A DNA stretch of 37,021 nt from a virus (IMGVR_UViG_3300035182_000650:1-37021), one strand, 5' to 3'; shown: positions 1-8,722, counted from the stretch's first letter. Translations and numbers: made by a program. The notes: a model not told the origin generated them from the sequence alone.

Positions 1-311
1 GCAGCACTCAATATCCGCGCAACACGGATAAACAGCGTGTTCCAGTCAACCCGCGCAAGGAAACCTTGCAGGGCTTCCCATGCGTTGGTTGGTCGGCCTG
101 CGGTTGGTGTTCCGTCCAGCGTCATGCTGCCGTAATAGCCCATCAACGCCGCGTGCATAGCCTTGGTTTCCTTACTGTCGGGCTTTCCGTCGATAGCGTC
201 CTGAGCGGCTTTAAGTTCGCGCTGGTAGTCGGATTCGACTTGTTCCGGGGTAGGGTGCGGGGTATTTCCATCATGGTGTTGCAACCATAGGGGCAGGTTT
301 GAGTTGCTCAT
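1..311 (-). CDS. hypothetical protein, N-terminal part (runs off the left edge)
   Basis: ATG at 311 overlaps the stop of the 3D-domain gene (ATGA). The frame is open to the window edge: MSNSNLPLWLQHH...FIRVARILSA. Translated by hand; not in the ORF track. Confidence 0.65.
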   Translation of the reverse strand, partial: MSNSNLPLWLQHHDGNTPHPTPEQVESDYQRELKAAQDAIDGKPDSKETKAMHAALMGYYGSMTLDGTPTAGRPTNAWEALQGFLARVDWNTLFIRVARILSA

Positions 312-697
312 AAATCCCTCCATTCGATCTCCACCGCCCGTTTGCCGAATTGACGCGCCGCGTGTGAATCCAGCCCGGCATACAGGTCTATGCGGTTACT
401 GAAGCGGTTATTCATGCGGTCACGCACCACATATTCATTCCCGTTGATGCGTACTTTCACCCCGCATTTTAGGCCGTGGCGGAATAGGTCGGTACTCACA
501 GCAATGGCGCGTCTGCCGTCGCGTAGATCGCCACCACAAGCCGGTTCAAACGGTGTGCTATCGGTCTGGTTTTGATGGGATGTGTAGGCTGTGGCGGTTA
601 CGGTGCGCTTGTTGGTGTGCAAGGTGTCATCCACACACGCGACAATGCTTAGGGCAATGCCTGCAAACATAATGGTGGTTGCTATGGGGTGTTTCAT
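308..697 (-). CDS. 3D-domain (three-Asp, MltA-like) putative peptidoglycan hydrolase lipoprotein
   Basis: Lipoprotein-like signal (ALSIVAC). Motifs TVTATAYTS..TD, IAVS, YVVRDRM, RIDLY..A..FG are typical of 3D domains. Confidence 0.8.
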   Translation of the reverse strand: MKHPIATTIMFAGIALSIVACVDDTLHTNKRTVTATAYTSHQNQTDSTPFEPACGGDLRDGRRAIAVSTDLFRHGLKCGVKVRINGNEYVVRDRMNNRFSNRIDLYAGLDSHAARQFGKRAVEIEWRDL

Positions 698-922
698 GAC
701 TTCACCTCCACGCGCTTGCCATCGTCTGACAAAAGCTGGTTAGGGGTTTCCACGATATAACGCGGGGTGTTGCCCATTTTGGGCGGTTTTGAGGTATGAT
801 TTTGCATACTGGTTACTCTTCAAATGGTTGTCAGTAATTGGCTGTTTGGTGCTCTAACACCTTTCAGCACGGTAGCGCCCCACCCGAAAGAGTGGGGCGT
901 TTTCGTTTGGCTTAAGTGCCTG

Positions 923-1108
923 TCATCTTTTACACATCCAATAATCAGTGTTGGTAAGATCAGTATCGCGCCAAATTGCTGGCTGCGCATTCGCAACCTG
1001 CACAGCTTTCGCTTCGTGGTCTTTGGTTTTGTTACTCACAATCGACTCGTTTATACCCCGATTGCGTTTTTGTCTGGCATTTCTTACCTTTGGACTAGTC
1101 ATTTTCAT
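923..1108 (-). CDS. small basic hypothetical protein
   Basis: 61 aa ORF co-oriented with neighbours, AGGGG upstream; no recognisable motif. Confidence 0.45.
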   Translation of the reverse strand: MKMTSPKVRNARQKRNRGINESIVSNKTKDHEAKAVQVANAQPAIWRDTDLTNTDYWMCKR

Positions 1109-1112
1109 ACCC

Positions 1113-1364
1113 CTATTTATTGGTAAAGCTGTAATCTTTGTCGACGGATATTCTCACCTCCACGTCTCCAATTACGTTAGCTTCACGGCATCTCGTCACA
1201 GCTTCATAAGAGGCGCACACATTATGTTTTCCGTAATTCACCTCGTGGGTTAAGCTGTGGCGTTTCCCCTGAATGTTATTCCCGTCGATACTCCACTGGA
1301 CGGGGTGCATTGCTGGTGCGTTGTTCAGCAGTGCGATCAGCGTTAATGTTGCTACTGCACTCAT
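1113..1364 (-). CDS. hypothetical protein with possible signal peptide
   Basis: 83 aa, GAGGTG RBS upstream, hydrophobic N-terminus (AVATLTLIALL). Confidence 0.55.
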   Translation of the reverse strand: MSAVATLTLIALLNNAPAMHPVQWSIDGNNIQGKRHSLTHEVNYGKHNVCASYEAVTRCREANVIGDVEVRISVDKDYSFTNK

Positions 1365-1397
1365 TCAGATGTCACCTCTTTCAATTTATTGTCGATA

Positions 1398-1562
1398 TTA
1401 AATTTCATTCGTCTTTGTCTCCGTTATTGGTTTATGTTTAATCAAAAATTCCTGCACCGCCTGCCGAACAATCTCGGTCATGTTTGTATCAAGCTCCACT
1501 GACAAGCGGGCAAGCTCCTTTTTAGTGCCTTCTTTAAAAAGAACATGTAAGTACTTAGCCAT
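1398..1562 (-). CDS. ribbon-helix-helix DNA-binding protein (54 aa)
   Basis: MAKYLHVLFKEGTKKELARLSVELDTNMTEIVRQAVQEFL: beta strand plus two helices, RHH pattern. Start overlaps the exonuclease stop (TAATG). Below the ORF-track size cut-off. Confidence 0.7.
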   Translation of the reverse strand: MAKYLHVLFKEGTKKELARLSVELDTNMTEIVRQAVQEFLIKHKPITETKTNEI

Positions 1563-2341
1563 TATAAACTCCTAATTTTGTTAACAATTTCATCTCTATA
1601 TTCCGCAGCCATCGCTACCCGTTGCGCCATTTTGTCAATGTCCGCCTGATTGCGGTCAATGCGGACAACGTGCAAACGTGCGCGTGGGTTGTTGGCTACC
1701 GGGTTGTAACTGACCCAGTAGCCGTAATCCTGTTCGGCTGCGGCGATTTGTGTTTGCTGCTGCCAGTAGTAACAGGCACTGGCCTTGAGTAGCGAGTCGT
1801 TGTCCGTGACGGTCAAGATATTACTGAGGTGATTGGCGCGTTTCGGGCTTTTAACGTCAAACGTCACGCCATCAACCGAGCCGATACGCCCGTCTGGCGT
1901 TGCACCGGAATCATTGACCCATGGGATAAACTGCTGACTTTCTCCGATGTGGAAAAGATCGGTATCAAGACGCATAGCAAGATCAGCACATGCACCTGAT
2001 TCGCGCTCATTTCCGCGCTTAATGTCGAGCGTTTGCAACTGTGGCTCGTATTCGTCTTCGCCAAAAAGCAGTTCCATTGCCTTTTCTTCGGCGTAGGTCT
2101 TCGCCCCCGCGCTCAGGGTAAATTCACCAAGACGGGCGCGTTCTGACCGGATGAAATCGTCATAAGCGGCAACCGTGGCAAACACAGTATCAATATACTG
2201 TTTTCCGTTAGTCCAAACTGTGTATCCGACACCCTTCGCGCCTTCGCGGTCGGGTGTCCAGTCGACTTGTCCGTTTGCTGCCATCAGACGGTAAATTCCG
2301 CTTGCGGTGAATTTACCGTCTCTTTCGGGTGATAGGGTCAT
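1562..2341 (-). CDS. YqaJ / lambda-exonuclease-like recombination nuclease
   Basis: RDGKFTASG, GATPDG, DVKSP and YYWQQQTQ motifs. Start placed at ATG 2341 (TGATG overlap); the track start at 2353 is also possible. Confidence 0.85.
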   Translation of the reverse strand: MTLSPERDGKFTASGIYRLMAANGQVDWTPDREGAKGVGYTVWTNGKQYIDTVFATVAAYDDFIRSERARLGEFTLSAGAKTYAEEKAMELLFGEDEYEPQLQTLDIKRGNERESGACADLAMRLDTDLFHIGESQQFIPWVNDSGATPDGRIGSVDGVTFDVKSPKRANHLSNILTVTDNDSLLKASACYYWQQQTQIAAAEQDYGYWVSYNPVANNPRARLHVVRIDRNQADIDKMAQRVAMAAEYRDEIVNKIRSL

Positions 2342-3060
2342 CAAGCAATCCATCCATTGTTTTTTGCAATCTGTTGAAGAATAGGCTTCCAGATCCTCCA
2401 GAATTCAATGGCGCGTTCGCCATCCATTTTTGATATTGCGCTTTCGTCAAAACCAATCCAGTCGGTAATAGTGTGGAACTCGCATCCAATTTTCAGATGC
2501 GTGTTTGTCATGAAAATCATGTAATTACCTGTAGCCTCCGAAGCAGCAACACTAAAAACATCTGCCTCGCTCAGGTCTGCCCCGTCCATGCCTGTCCCTC
2601 TCAGGCTTGCCTCGCTCAGTTCTGCCCCTCTCAGGTCTGCCCTGCTCAGTTCTGCCCCGTTCAGGTTTGCCCCTCTCAGGTTTGCCCCTCTCAGGTTTGC
2701 CCCGCTCAGGTCTGCCCCTCTCAGGTCTGCCCCTCTCAGGTCTGCCCTGCTCAGGTCTGCCCTGCTCAGGTCTGCCCCTCTCAGCTTTGCCCCGATCAGG
2801 TTTGCCCTGCTCAGGTTTGCCCTGCTCAGGTTTGCCTCGTACAGGTTTGCCTCGTACAGGTTTGCCCTGCTCAGGTCTGCCCTGCTTAGGTCTGCCCTTC
2901 TTAGGTCTGCCCTGCTCAGGTCTGCCCTGCTCAGGTCTGCCCTGCTTAGGTCTTTCCCTCTCAGGTCTGCCCCTCTCAGGTCTGCCCCTCTCAGGTCTTC
3001 CCCGTTCAGGTCCGTCACTGTAATACGGTCTTTAATATCGACTTTCATGATGTTCTCCAT
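2341..3060 (-). CDS. pentapeptide-repeat protein with conserved phage C-terminal domain
   Basis: About 29 A(D/N)Lxx repeats followed by the LKIGCEFHTITDW...MDG..A.EFW..WK domain. Confidence 0.9.
   Translation of the reverse strand: MENIMKVDIKDRITVTDLNGEDLRGADLRGADLRGKDLSRADLSRADLSRADLRRADLSRADLSRANLYEANLYEANLSRANLSRANLIGAKLRGADLSRADLSRADLRGADLRGADLSGANLRGANLRGANLNGAELSRADLRGAELSEASLRGTGMDGADLSEADVFSVAASEATGNYMIFMTNTHLKIGCEFHTITDWIGFDESAISKMDGERAIEFWRIWKPILQQIAKNNGWIA
2566..3012. repeat. 15-bp coding tandem repeat (CAGGTYTGCCCYNCT-like) underlying the pentapeptide repeats
   Basis: Period of 15 bp visible directly; it explains the spurious overlapping plus-strand ORFs. Boundaries approximate. 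Confidence 0.9.
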
Positions 3061-3069
3061 GTTTCTCTG

Positions 3070-3112
3070 TTGATGTAGATATGATTATATAATGATATAT
3101 ACATCAAGTAAA
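3070..3112 (-). promoter_or_regulatory. sigma70-like promoter inside a 38-bp palindromic operator
   Basis: TTTACT-17bp-TATAAT on the minus strand. Palindrome TTGATGTAGATATGATTATATAATGATATATACATCAA (3070-3107) has 17/19 matching arm positions. Confidence 0.7.
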
Positions 3113-3460
3113 CTGAAATAAGCCCAGCTTGCCCAACTGATTAATTGCATCGACAGCACCCATTGCGACAATCACGCGATAGCCAGCGGATTCAAGCCTG
3201 AGGATACGGGCTTTTTGTTCTGGGGATAGTGAGCCGCCTTTTTGTCGCTTTAACTCGATGTAGACTCGGTGCTCCGGGAGGAAAATATCCAGCGTCCCGG
3301 CTTGATAGCCAAGCGTCTTGGTCTTAGTAGCCATAGCCTTGGTGAGTTTCATTCCGGCGGCGGGGTTGGTTTCAATCAGGATTCCCGGTTCTATCCGTTC
3401 AAGTTCGGCAACAAGGCTTTGCTGCTCCCATGATTCGTGGGGAGTTGTGTTTTTAGTCAT
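3104..3460 (-). CDS. VRR-NUC domain (PD-(D/E)XK) nuclease
   Basis: E..EQ..LV, GY.AGTLDIF, YIELKRQKGGSLSPEQK, GYRVIV..G motifs. Confidence 0.85.
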   Translation of the reverse strand: MTKNTTPHESWEQQSLVAELERIEPGILIETNPAAGMKLTKAMATKTKTLGYQAGTLDIFLPEHRVYIELKRQKGGSLSPEQKARILRLESAGYRVIVAMGAVDAINQLGKLGLFQFT

Positions 3461-3674
3461 TGGTAAAATGCGCCTCAGTCAATGTTCCGCGCAACAAGGC
3501 CGCAGGTGCTGGTGATTTAATCAAACGATTCAGGACGCGCATCGTTACAACATCGGTATTGCGGCTCTTGTGCCATGCCTTGCGCTCAACGGCTGCACGT
3601 CTGATGTGGGCATCAGGGTTGTCTCCAATTTCGGCTGCCAGTAGCAGGTGAAAAAGCCAATCGTCAAATTTCAT
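3453..3674 (-). CDS. hypothetical protein
   Basis: 73 aa ORF overlapping both neighbours in the operon. Confidence 0.55.
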   Translation of the reverse strand: MKFDDWLFHLLLAAEIGDNPDAHIRRAAVERKAWHKSRNTDVVTMRVLNRLIKSPAPAALLRGTLTEAHFTND

Positions 3675-3835
3675 TCTTTTCCCCTAACGTGATTTATGTA
3701 ATATTTCGACAGACCAAACCAAGTGGACCCATCAGCGCGGGCTATTAGCGTCGTGCCGTTGTCGTAGTGGATAATTGTTGGCTGTTGCGCCATGTTGGCG
3801 CGTTTTTTGACGCGGGCGTTGTCGGTGTTGACCAT
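3671..3835 (-). CDS. hypothetical protein (54 aa)
   Basis: MVNTDNARVKKRANMAQQPT...HVRGKE fills the gap exactly, with TGATG and ATGA overlaps. Translated by hand. Confidence 0.55.
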   Translation of the reverse strand: MVNTDNARVKKRANMAQQPTIIHYDNGTTLIARADGSTWFGLSKYYINHVRGKE

Positions 3836-5646
3836 CAGTTATATCTCCTGTCATTAATTTCAACAAAATCCTTGCCATCGCGTTTGCGCCACGCAATGAC
3901 CGTGGGGGTGCGTGCCTGTCCGCCGTTAATGGCGTTGATGATGGCGCTGTGTGACGTGATGCCGGGCAGATGCATATCTGTCAAAATAGCATTGGTCTTT
4001 TTAAGCATATCGTCGCGCTCCGAGGTAGGGTTGATAAAATCCGTTACTCGCTGCCCATCAGTGGTGGTATAGATCAGCATGACGGCCTGTTTTGAGGCCA
4101 TAGCCCTCATTGATTGAACTGCGCTGTATGTCCAGACCCCTTCGCGGGTTTTTTTGATCGTTTCCACGGCCTCTTTTAGGATTAGCTTGTCGTTTGGATC
4201 CACGAGTTCCGCACCGCAATGCACGCACTCACGGGCGGATATGTTGTTTTCGCCCCCGCATTCCGGGCAATCTCGATAGTTCCATCGGTGGTCGCATTGT
4301 TTTGTTCCGGTCGCCGTCAGCGCGATGTGCTGGCAACGCTGCCCAAAATGCGCGGCGATTGGGTGTCCGGTGGTATCGAGCAGCCGATGACCGAATGCGT
4401 CCTCGAAATATCCGTGCGCATCAATGGGGATTTGCTCTTTGTTTGGCTTGGCGGAAAACTTGTTTATGTGGTGGCAGATGGGGCAGGTCACATCAATGGG
4501 ATTTTTGATGCTTTGCGCCTTGGCTTGGATTTCCGGGTTTAGGTTATCGCTGCTTAACCCGTGCCGGGTGAGGTTTTCGGCATAGTCCAAAATCAGTGCG
4601 GTTTGTTTGCCATCATGCAGCCGCAAGCCGCGACCGATGATTTGCAGCAGCAGCCCGGCTGATTCGGTGGCCCTCATAATGGCAATCGTGCCGACATTGG
4701 GGGCGTCGAACCCGGTTGTAAGCACGTCACGGTTGACGATGTAATGGATTCGCCCGGCCTTAAACTCGGACAGGATTCGCGCACGGTCGCCCTTGGCTGT
4801 TGCGCCAGTAACAAGTCGGCTGTGTTCCGGAGGTAGGCTCTCCATTATCTCTTGCGCGTGCTGGATGGATGCTGCAAAAAACATCACGCCAAAACGGTGA
4901 TCAGCTTTGTCGATTACATCCGCTACGATGTCAGCCGTTAGCCGCCCCTTGCCCTCAAACACTTGCGCTACTTCGCCCGCGTCAAACTGGTTTTGCTTGT
5001 TGAGTTGCAGGCGCGCAGCATCATAGTGACGATCTGATGCCAGCATTTCCGGCGGAGTTAAAAAGCCACGATTTACAAGCTCTTGGGTCTGGATGCGGTA
5101 CACAAGGCGCGAAAATAGCGGGTTATTAGCCTGCTCGACTTTCTGCCCATCCATGCCTATTTGGTAAATATAGCCGTCTCCCATGCGGTATGGAGTGGCT
5201 GTCAAGCCGATTACACGTAAGTTTTGATTGCCTTCGCTCATACCGGAAATAATGGCTTTTGTAGTTGGGTCGATGCGGTGGCATTCGTCAATGATGATTC
5301 CGGCAAATTCGCTCTTGAATCGGTCAATACTGTTTAGTACGGTTTTTGGTGTGCCGAATACTGCCGGGTGGCGAGTGGATTTGATGCCAACCGACGCACT
5401 AAACAGGCTGGCTGGGGATCCGGTGGAAATGTACTTTACATAGTTTTGCTCGATAAGCTCCTTGCTTGGAGCCATACACAGCAATTTTTTGCCTGACATC
5501 TCATTGATGCGCAGTGCAACGTCGGCAATGATAAGGCTTTTTCCTGCCCCGGTTGCAAGTTCGGCGCAAATCGGCGCACTGATTTTCCGCACCCATGTAA
5601 TGATTGCATCGGATGCGGCTTGCTGGTAATCTCTCAGCACAAACAT
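3835..5646 (-). CDS. superfamily 2 DExH helicase with C-terminal Zn fingers (RadD/YejH-like)
   Basis: LRDYQ (Q motif), ATGAGKS (Walker A), IIDECH, GLTATPYR, LTTGFD, QIIGRGLR, several CxxC pairs. Start at 5646 follows a GGAG RBS. Confidence 0.92.
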   Translation of the reverse strand: MFVLRDYQQAASDAIITWVRKISAPICAELATGAGKSLIIADVALRINEMSGKKLLCMAPSKELIEQNYVKYISTGSPASLFSASVGIKSTRHPAVFGTPKTVLNSIDRFKSEFAGIIIDECHRIDPTTKAIISGMSEGNQNLRVIGLTATPYRMGDGYIYQIGMDGQKVEQANNPLFSRLVYRIQTQELVNRGFLTPPEMLASDRHYDAARLQLNKQNQFDAGEVAQVFEGKGRLTADIVADVIDKADHRFGVMFFAASIQHAQEIMESLPPEHSRLVTGATAKGDRARILSEFKAGRIHYIVNRDVLTTGFDAPNVGTIAIMRATESAGLLLQIIGRGLRLHDGKQTALILDYAENLTRHGLSSDNLNPEIQAKAQSIKNPIDVTCPICHHINKFSAKPNKEQIPIDAHGYFEDAFGHRLLDTTGHPIAAHFGQRCQHIALTATGTKQCDHRWNYRDCPECGGENNISARECVHCGAELVDPNDKLILKEAVETIKKTREGVWTYSAVQSMRAMASKQAVMLIYTTTDGQRVTDFINPTSERDDMLKKTNAILTDMHLPGITSHSAIINAINGGQARTPTVIAWRKRDGKDFVEINDRRYN

Positions 5647-5677
5647 TGATTTTCTCCAGTTTGTTAGTTGATGCACC

Positions 5678-5710
5678 AAAATCCCCGCCTTACCCAGCGG
5701 GGATTTTTTT
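5678..5710. terminator. intrinsic terminator, probably bidirectional, downstream of ssb
   Basis: AAAATCCCCGC-8nt-GCGGGGATTTTTTT hairpin flanked by A and T runs. Confidence 0.75.
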
Positions 5711-5715
5711 GTATA

Positions 5716-6123
5716 TCAGAAGGGAATATCGTCCTCGAAATCCTCAAACGATTGCGGCGATGGCTCGGGTTTAGGTGGTGGCGCGGGTTTAGGTGGTGGT
5801 GATTGCGTACCCTCTTTTTTCCCGCCAACAAACTCAAAAGATCGACCATCTAGTTTAATGCTCTTTTTTTGCTCTCCATTATGGTTGTACGTGTCCTCGT
5901 ACAAATCACCAGACACCAGCAACTGATCGCCCTTATGGCAATGCTGTGAGATTGTTTCCCCTTGTTTCCCCCAAAACACCGCCTTGACCCATGTGGTCGT
6001 CTGTTTGTCACCAAATCCGTGATTGCTCGCAAGTGCCACATCAGTGACGGATTGACCGCCTGATGTGTAGCGGGTTTCTGGGTCTCGTCCTAGGCGGCCT
6101 ACAAATGTAGCGTGAATACTCAT
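5716..6123 (-). CDS. ssb: single-stranded DNA-binding protein
   Basis: GRLGRDPETRYT N-terminus, OB-fold pattern, acidic DFEDDIPF tail. Confidence 0.95.
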   Translation of the reverse strand: MSIHATFVGRLGRDPETRYTSGGQSVTDVALASNHGFGDKQTTTWVKAVFWGKQGETISQHCHKGDQLLVSGDLYEDTYNHNGEQKKSIKLDGRSFEFVGGKKEGTQSPPPKPAPPPKPEPSPQSFEDFEDDIPF

Positions 6124-6857
6124 ACTTTTTTCTCCTTCAGGCTTTTTATATATTCGCCCATCTCAACTTTCTGGTCGTAGGTAAGGGTGTTGTCGCTGAA
6201 ATTTAATGATTTAAGAATATCGGCGGGCACGAACTTTGCGTCAATGATTTGCTTATAAAACACGTCCTTGGCTTGTGCCGACATAACGTCTGTGAGTTTC
6301 GGCACTGAGCCGATTAACTCCATTGCTGTCCCGAATTGTGACTCGGTGAGTTTGTCTATTTCGTCCGTGCCAAGTTTGCTTTTCAGGTACTTGAGCGCGG
6401 CTGGCTTGTTGGCGACCAGCGATATGGCTGCGGAAACCTCTTGCAGTTGCCCCGCGCTCAACAAAAGACCGCCTTTATCCGGCTCTGCGAATAAATCACC
6501 CTTAAACCAGAATTCAAGGCCAACACCAAAGCGCATAGCAGCGTTTCGGATAGCATCGCCAATGGCTTCTTTAACGCCGTTCCCCGCTTTTAGGTTTTCC
6601 GGGAAACCATAACCCGGTCTGGTAACGCCACACACAGTTAATTCGATCCAGATTCCTCCAAAATCGTCAAATACTGGTGTGCCGTCTCCCAAGAATTTCC
6701 ATGTCCAGCATGGGTCAACTTCAAGAAGTCGGTCTGTTACGGCAGCGTGACCGGCAAATTCCTTGTCCGCCTTTGCCGCTCCTGCACTCTTCGGGAATTT
6801 TGATACAAGATGTTCTGGTATCTTTGCGCGTAATGCGCTTGATTGTTCAGGTGTCAT
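6120..6857 (-). CDS. Sak / Rad52-family single-strand annealing protein
   Basis: GHAAVTDRLLEVDP.W.W, IELTVCGVTR.GYG, KEAIGDAIRNAAMRFGVGL; adjacent to ssb. Confidence 0.8.
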   Translation of the reverse strand: MTPEQSSALRAKIPEHLVSKFPKSAGAAKADKEFAGHAAVTDRLLEVDPCWTWKFLGDGTPVFDDFGGIWIELTVCGVTRPGYGFPENLKAGNGVKEAIGDAIRNAAMRFGVGLEFWFKGDLFAEPDKGGLLLSAGQLQEVSAAISLVANKPAALKYLKSKLGTDEIDKLTESQFGTAMELIGSVPKLTDVMSAQAKDVFYKQIIDAKFVPADILKSLNFSDNTLTYDQKVEMGEYIKSLKEKKV

Positions 6858-7092
6858 TGACTATCTCCGTCGTGTTAAAAACAATGGCTTTATTTTTTTC
6901 CGTCTTCGCCCGATCTTCCATTATAAGGCGAGCTATAAAGCCGGATTTATTCCCGCGCTTCGAGCCGTCTTCCTTAGCTCTGATATTCGCCCAATCAAGG
7001 GTTGATTGGGGGATTCTGATGGTTACCGCCACCAGCGGCTCAGGAGCAGGCTTGCGGCCTGCCCCTTTTGTTTTACCGCCAATGCCAGCCAT
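6847..7092 (-). CDS. ribbon-helix-helix DNA-binding protein with GG..GAGRKP N-terminal arm
   Basis: GGKTKGAGRKP followed by VAVTIRIPQSTLDW...NKSGFIARLI. Confidence 0.75.
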   Translation of the reverse strand: MAGIGGKTKGAGRKPAPEPLVAVTIRIPQSTLDWANIRAKEDGSKRGNKSGFIARLIMEDRAKTEKNKAIVFNTTEIVNDT

Positions 7093-7241
7093 TAACGTTT
7101 AGCAACTTCATCAGCAAACCACTTGAACGCGGTTTCCTCATCATCGGTAGGCCATTCGCCGGATTCAAATCTTTCCTTAAATTCTTCATTCAAGGCTGTG
7201 ATTTCTTCATTGGTGTAATCTGTGTTTTCTTGAGTAAACAT
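7092..7241 (-). CDS. small highly acidic protein (49 aa)
   Basis: MFTQENTDYTNEEITALNEEFKERFESGEWPTDDEETAFKWFADEVAKR; strong AAGGAG RBS; stop overlaps the next start (TAATG). Not in the ORF track. Confidence 0.75.
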   Translation of the reverse strand: MFTQENTDYTNEEITALNEEFKERFESGEWPTDDEETAFKWFADEVAKR

Positions 7242-7291
7242 GACATTAATCTCCTTGGTTTGGTTGGCGGTATTGCCTTCCCATGAGTTGA

Positions 7292-7320
7292 ACTATACTC
7301 GCCTCAATTGATTAATGCAA
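7292..7320 (-). promoter_or_regulatory. sigma70-like promoter for the acidic protein-RHH-sak-ssb operon
   Basis: TTGCAT (7320-7315)-17bp-TATAGT (7297-7292). Confidence 0.7.
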
Positions 7321-7338
7321 TACTTTTTCAATCAGCAG

Positions 7339-8319
7339 CTAATCAATGTCCTTCTCGCGCTCAAACACAATATAATCATTCCAGTCTGTCGCCCATGTTG
7401 GCACGTCTGCTGGAGGTTCAATCACTGTCACGCGGGATGGGTCGTGTGTGACTGCGGTGTTGGCGGCATTTACGCCCGCTTTGTCAAAATCCCGATAAAT
7501 CACGATACAGCTTGACGGGTATAGGGTGAGTAGTGAGGCGGTCACTCGCGGGATGTTTCCAGCGTCAAAAGCAATCGCTACAGCACCATCAAAGCCAATT
7601 TCAGTCTCTACAAGACTTGCGCCAGTTGCCCAGCCCTCTACTACAGCTATCGTCTGCCCGCGTGATGGCGGAGATTGTAGCCAGTGCAAGCAGCCCTTTT
7701 TTTCCTGTCCTGGTAAAAACAGTTTGGAGCCATCGGCGGCGATCTTTTGGCAGCCGGTTAACTCGCCGTGGGCACTATTGGTGTAGACAATTAACTGATC
7801 TTTATACTCTATCAGGTTATGCGGATTGGTCAGCATCTTGGCATCCAGATACGGGTGATGCCGGGGGCGCGTGCCGGATTTTAGATAGTGCCGAACACGG
7901 TAAACAGCATCTAGCCGTTGCCTAGCCTGCTCAGCAGCCCTGATGGCCTTTGCCTTTGCTGCTTGCTCCTCAGCAATCCTGCGCCTACGGTCAAGCTCGG
8001 CATAGTCAATCTCTGCCGCCTCAACATCCAGACCGCACTCACGGGCAACCGCCCGCAAGGAATCTCCCGCCGTCCAGCCGTGGACGTGTTGGAGGAGGGA
8101 GAAGCCGTCACCGCCAGTGGTATCGCCGCCTTGGCCACAAATAAACCCGCCAGTGTCATGGTAGGCTTTTGTGACCCGAAAGCGGTCTTTCCCGCCGCAG
8201 CCGGGGCAGGGGGTGTGCTTTTGGTGGCTTGTGGTTGATAGCGCCACGCCCAGAGATCGGTGGATTTGCTCCCAGCGTCCTGCTGCAAGCGGAGCCACTT
8301 GGGCAAATGTTAGCTTCAT
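7339..8319 (-). CDS. DNA primase (P4 alpha-type Zn-binding domain plus TOPRIM)
   Basis: H.PCPGCGGKDRFR Zn ribbon, GDGFSL, HPYL, GCQKI..DG.K.F, VVEGWATG, AFDAGN, DFD, DWND. Confidence 0.92.
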   Translation of the reverse strand: MKLTFAQVAPLAAGRWEQIHRSLGVALSTTSHQKHTPCPGCGGKDRFRVTKAYHDTGGFICGQGGDTTGGDGFSLLQHVHGWTAGDSLRAVARECGLDVEAAEIDYAELDRRRRIAEEQAAKAKAIRAAEQARQRLDAVYRVRHYLKSGTRPRHHPYLDAKMLTNPHNLIEYKDQLIVYTNSAHGELTGCQKIAADGSKLFLPGQEKKGCLHWLQSPPSRGQTIAVVEGWATGASLVETEIGFDGAVAIAFDAGNIPRVTASLLTLYPSSCIVIYRDFDKAGVNAANTAVTHDPSRVTVIEPPADVPTWATDWNDYIVFEREKDID

Positions 8320-8693
8320 TGCCCTAACCAGTCGCGGTTTGCCAGCTCTAGTTCTTCAATAAGGCGTTCACATCCGTCTATGTCGCCTTTAATATCCGAG
8401 AGGAATAACATTCCAGCGGCAATGCGGCAAAGTCGATTATAAGCCAACGTCTTGCGAATATCGCGCAGGAGACTCCGGTTGCGCCGGTCAATGTCATCTG
8501 CATGGGAAATCAGGTCGCCCATATCGTAACCCGCCCACACGCCGCCGCGCCGAGTGTCTTCTCTTTCCATATAGTCCAGAGTATCTTCAAGGAATCGCCC
8601 TTCGGCTTCTAGAATTTCTCGGACGGACGGGGTGTGGTCTGGATCGTCCCATGCACTGCTGTTGTACCAGTCTGCTAGTGTTGCTTTGCTCAT
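8316..8693 (-). CDS. hypothetical protein
   Basis: Start MSKATLADW at 8693 after a GGAG RBS; the track's extension to 8750 overlaps the promoter. Confidence 0.65.
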   Translation of the reverse strand: MSKATLADWYNSSAWDDPDHTPSVREILEAEGRFLEDTLDYMEREDTRRGGVWAGYDMGDLISHADDIDRRNRSLLRDIRKTLAYNRLCRIAAGMLFLSDIKGDIDGCERLIEELELANRDWLGQ

Positions 8694-8722
8694 GTCGTTT
8701 TCTCCGTGTGTTGATTGGTTAA

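Noticed and set aside
820-906. c4-like antisense RNA or structured leader (GGTG-CTCTAA-CACC and CGCCCCAC/GTGGGGCG hairpins)
   Set aside because: The hairpins are real, but I could not identify target boxes or an ash/antirepressor gene; an Rfam/Infernal search would be needed.
2473-3073. Plus-strand ORFs with QVCPA, SALLR and SGLPC repeats
   Set aside because: Shadow frames of the 15-bp pentapeptide repeat.
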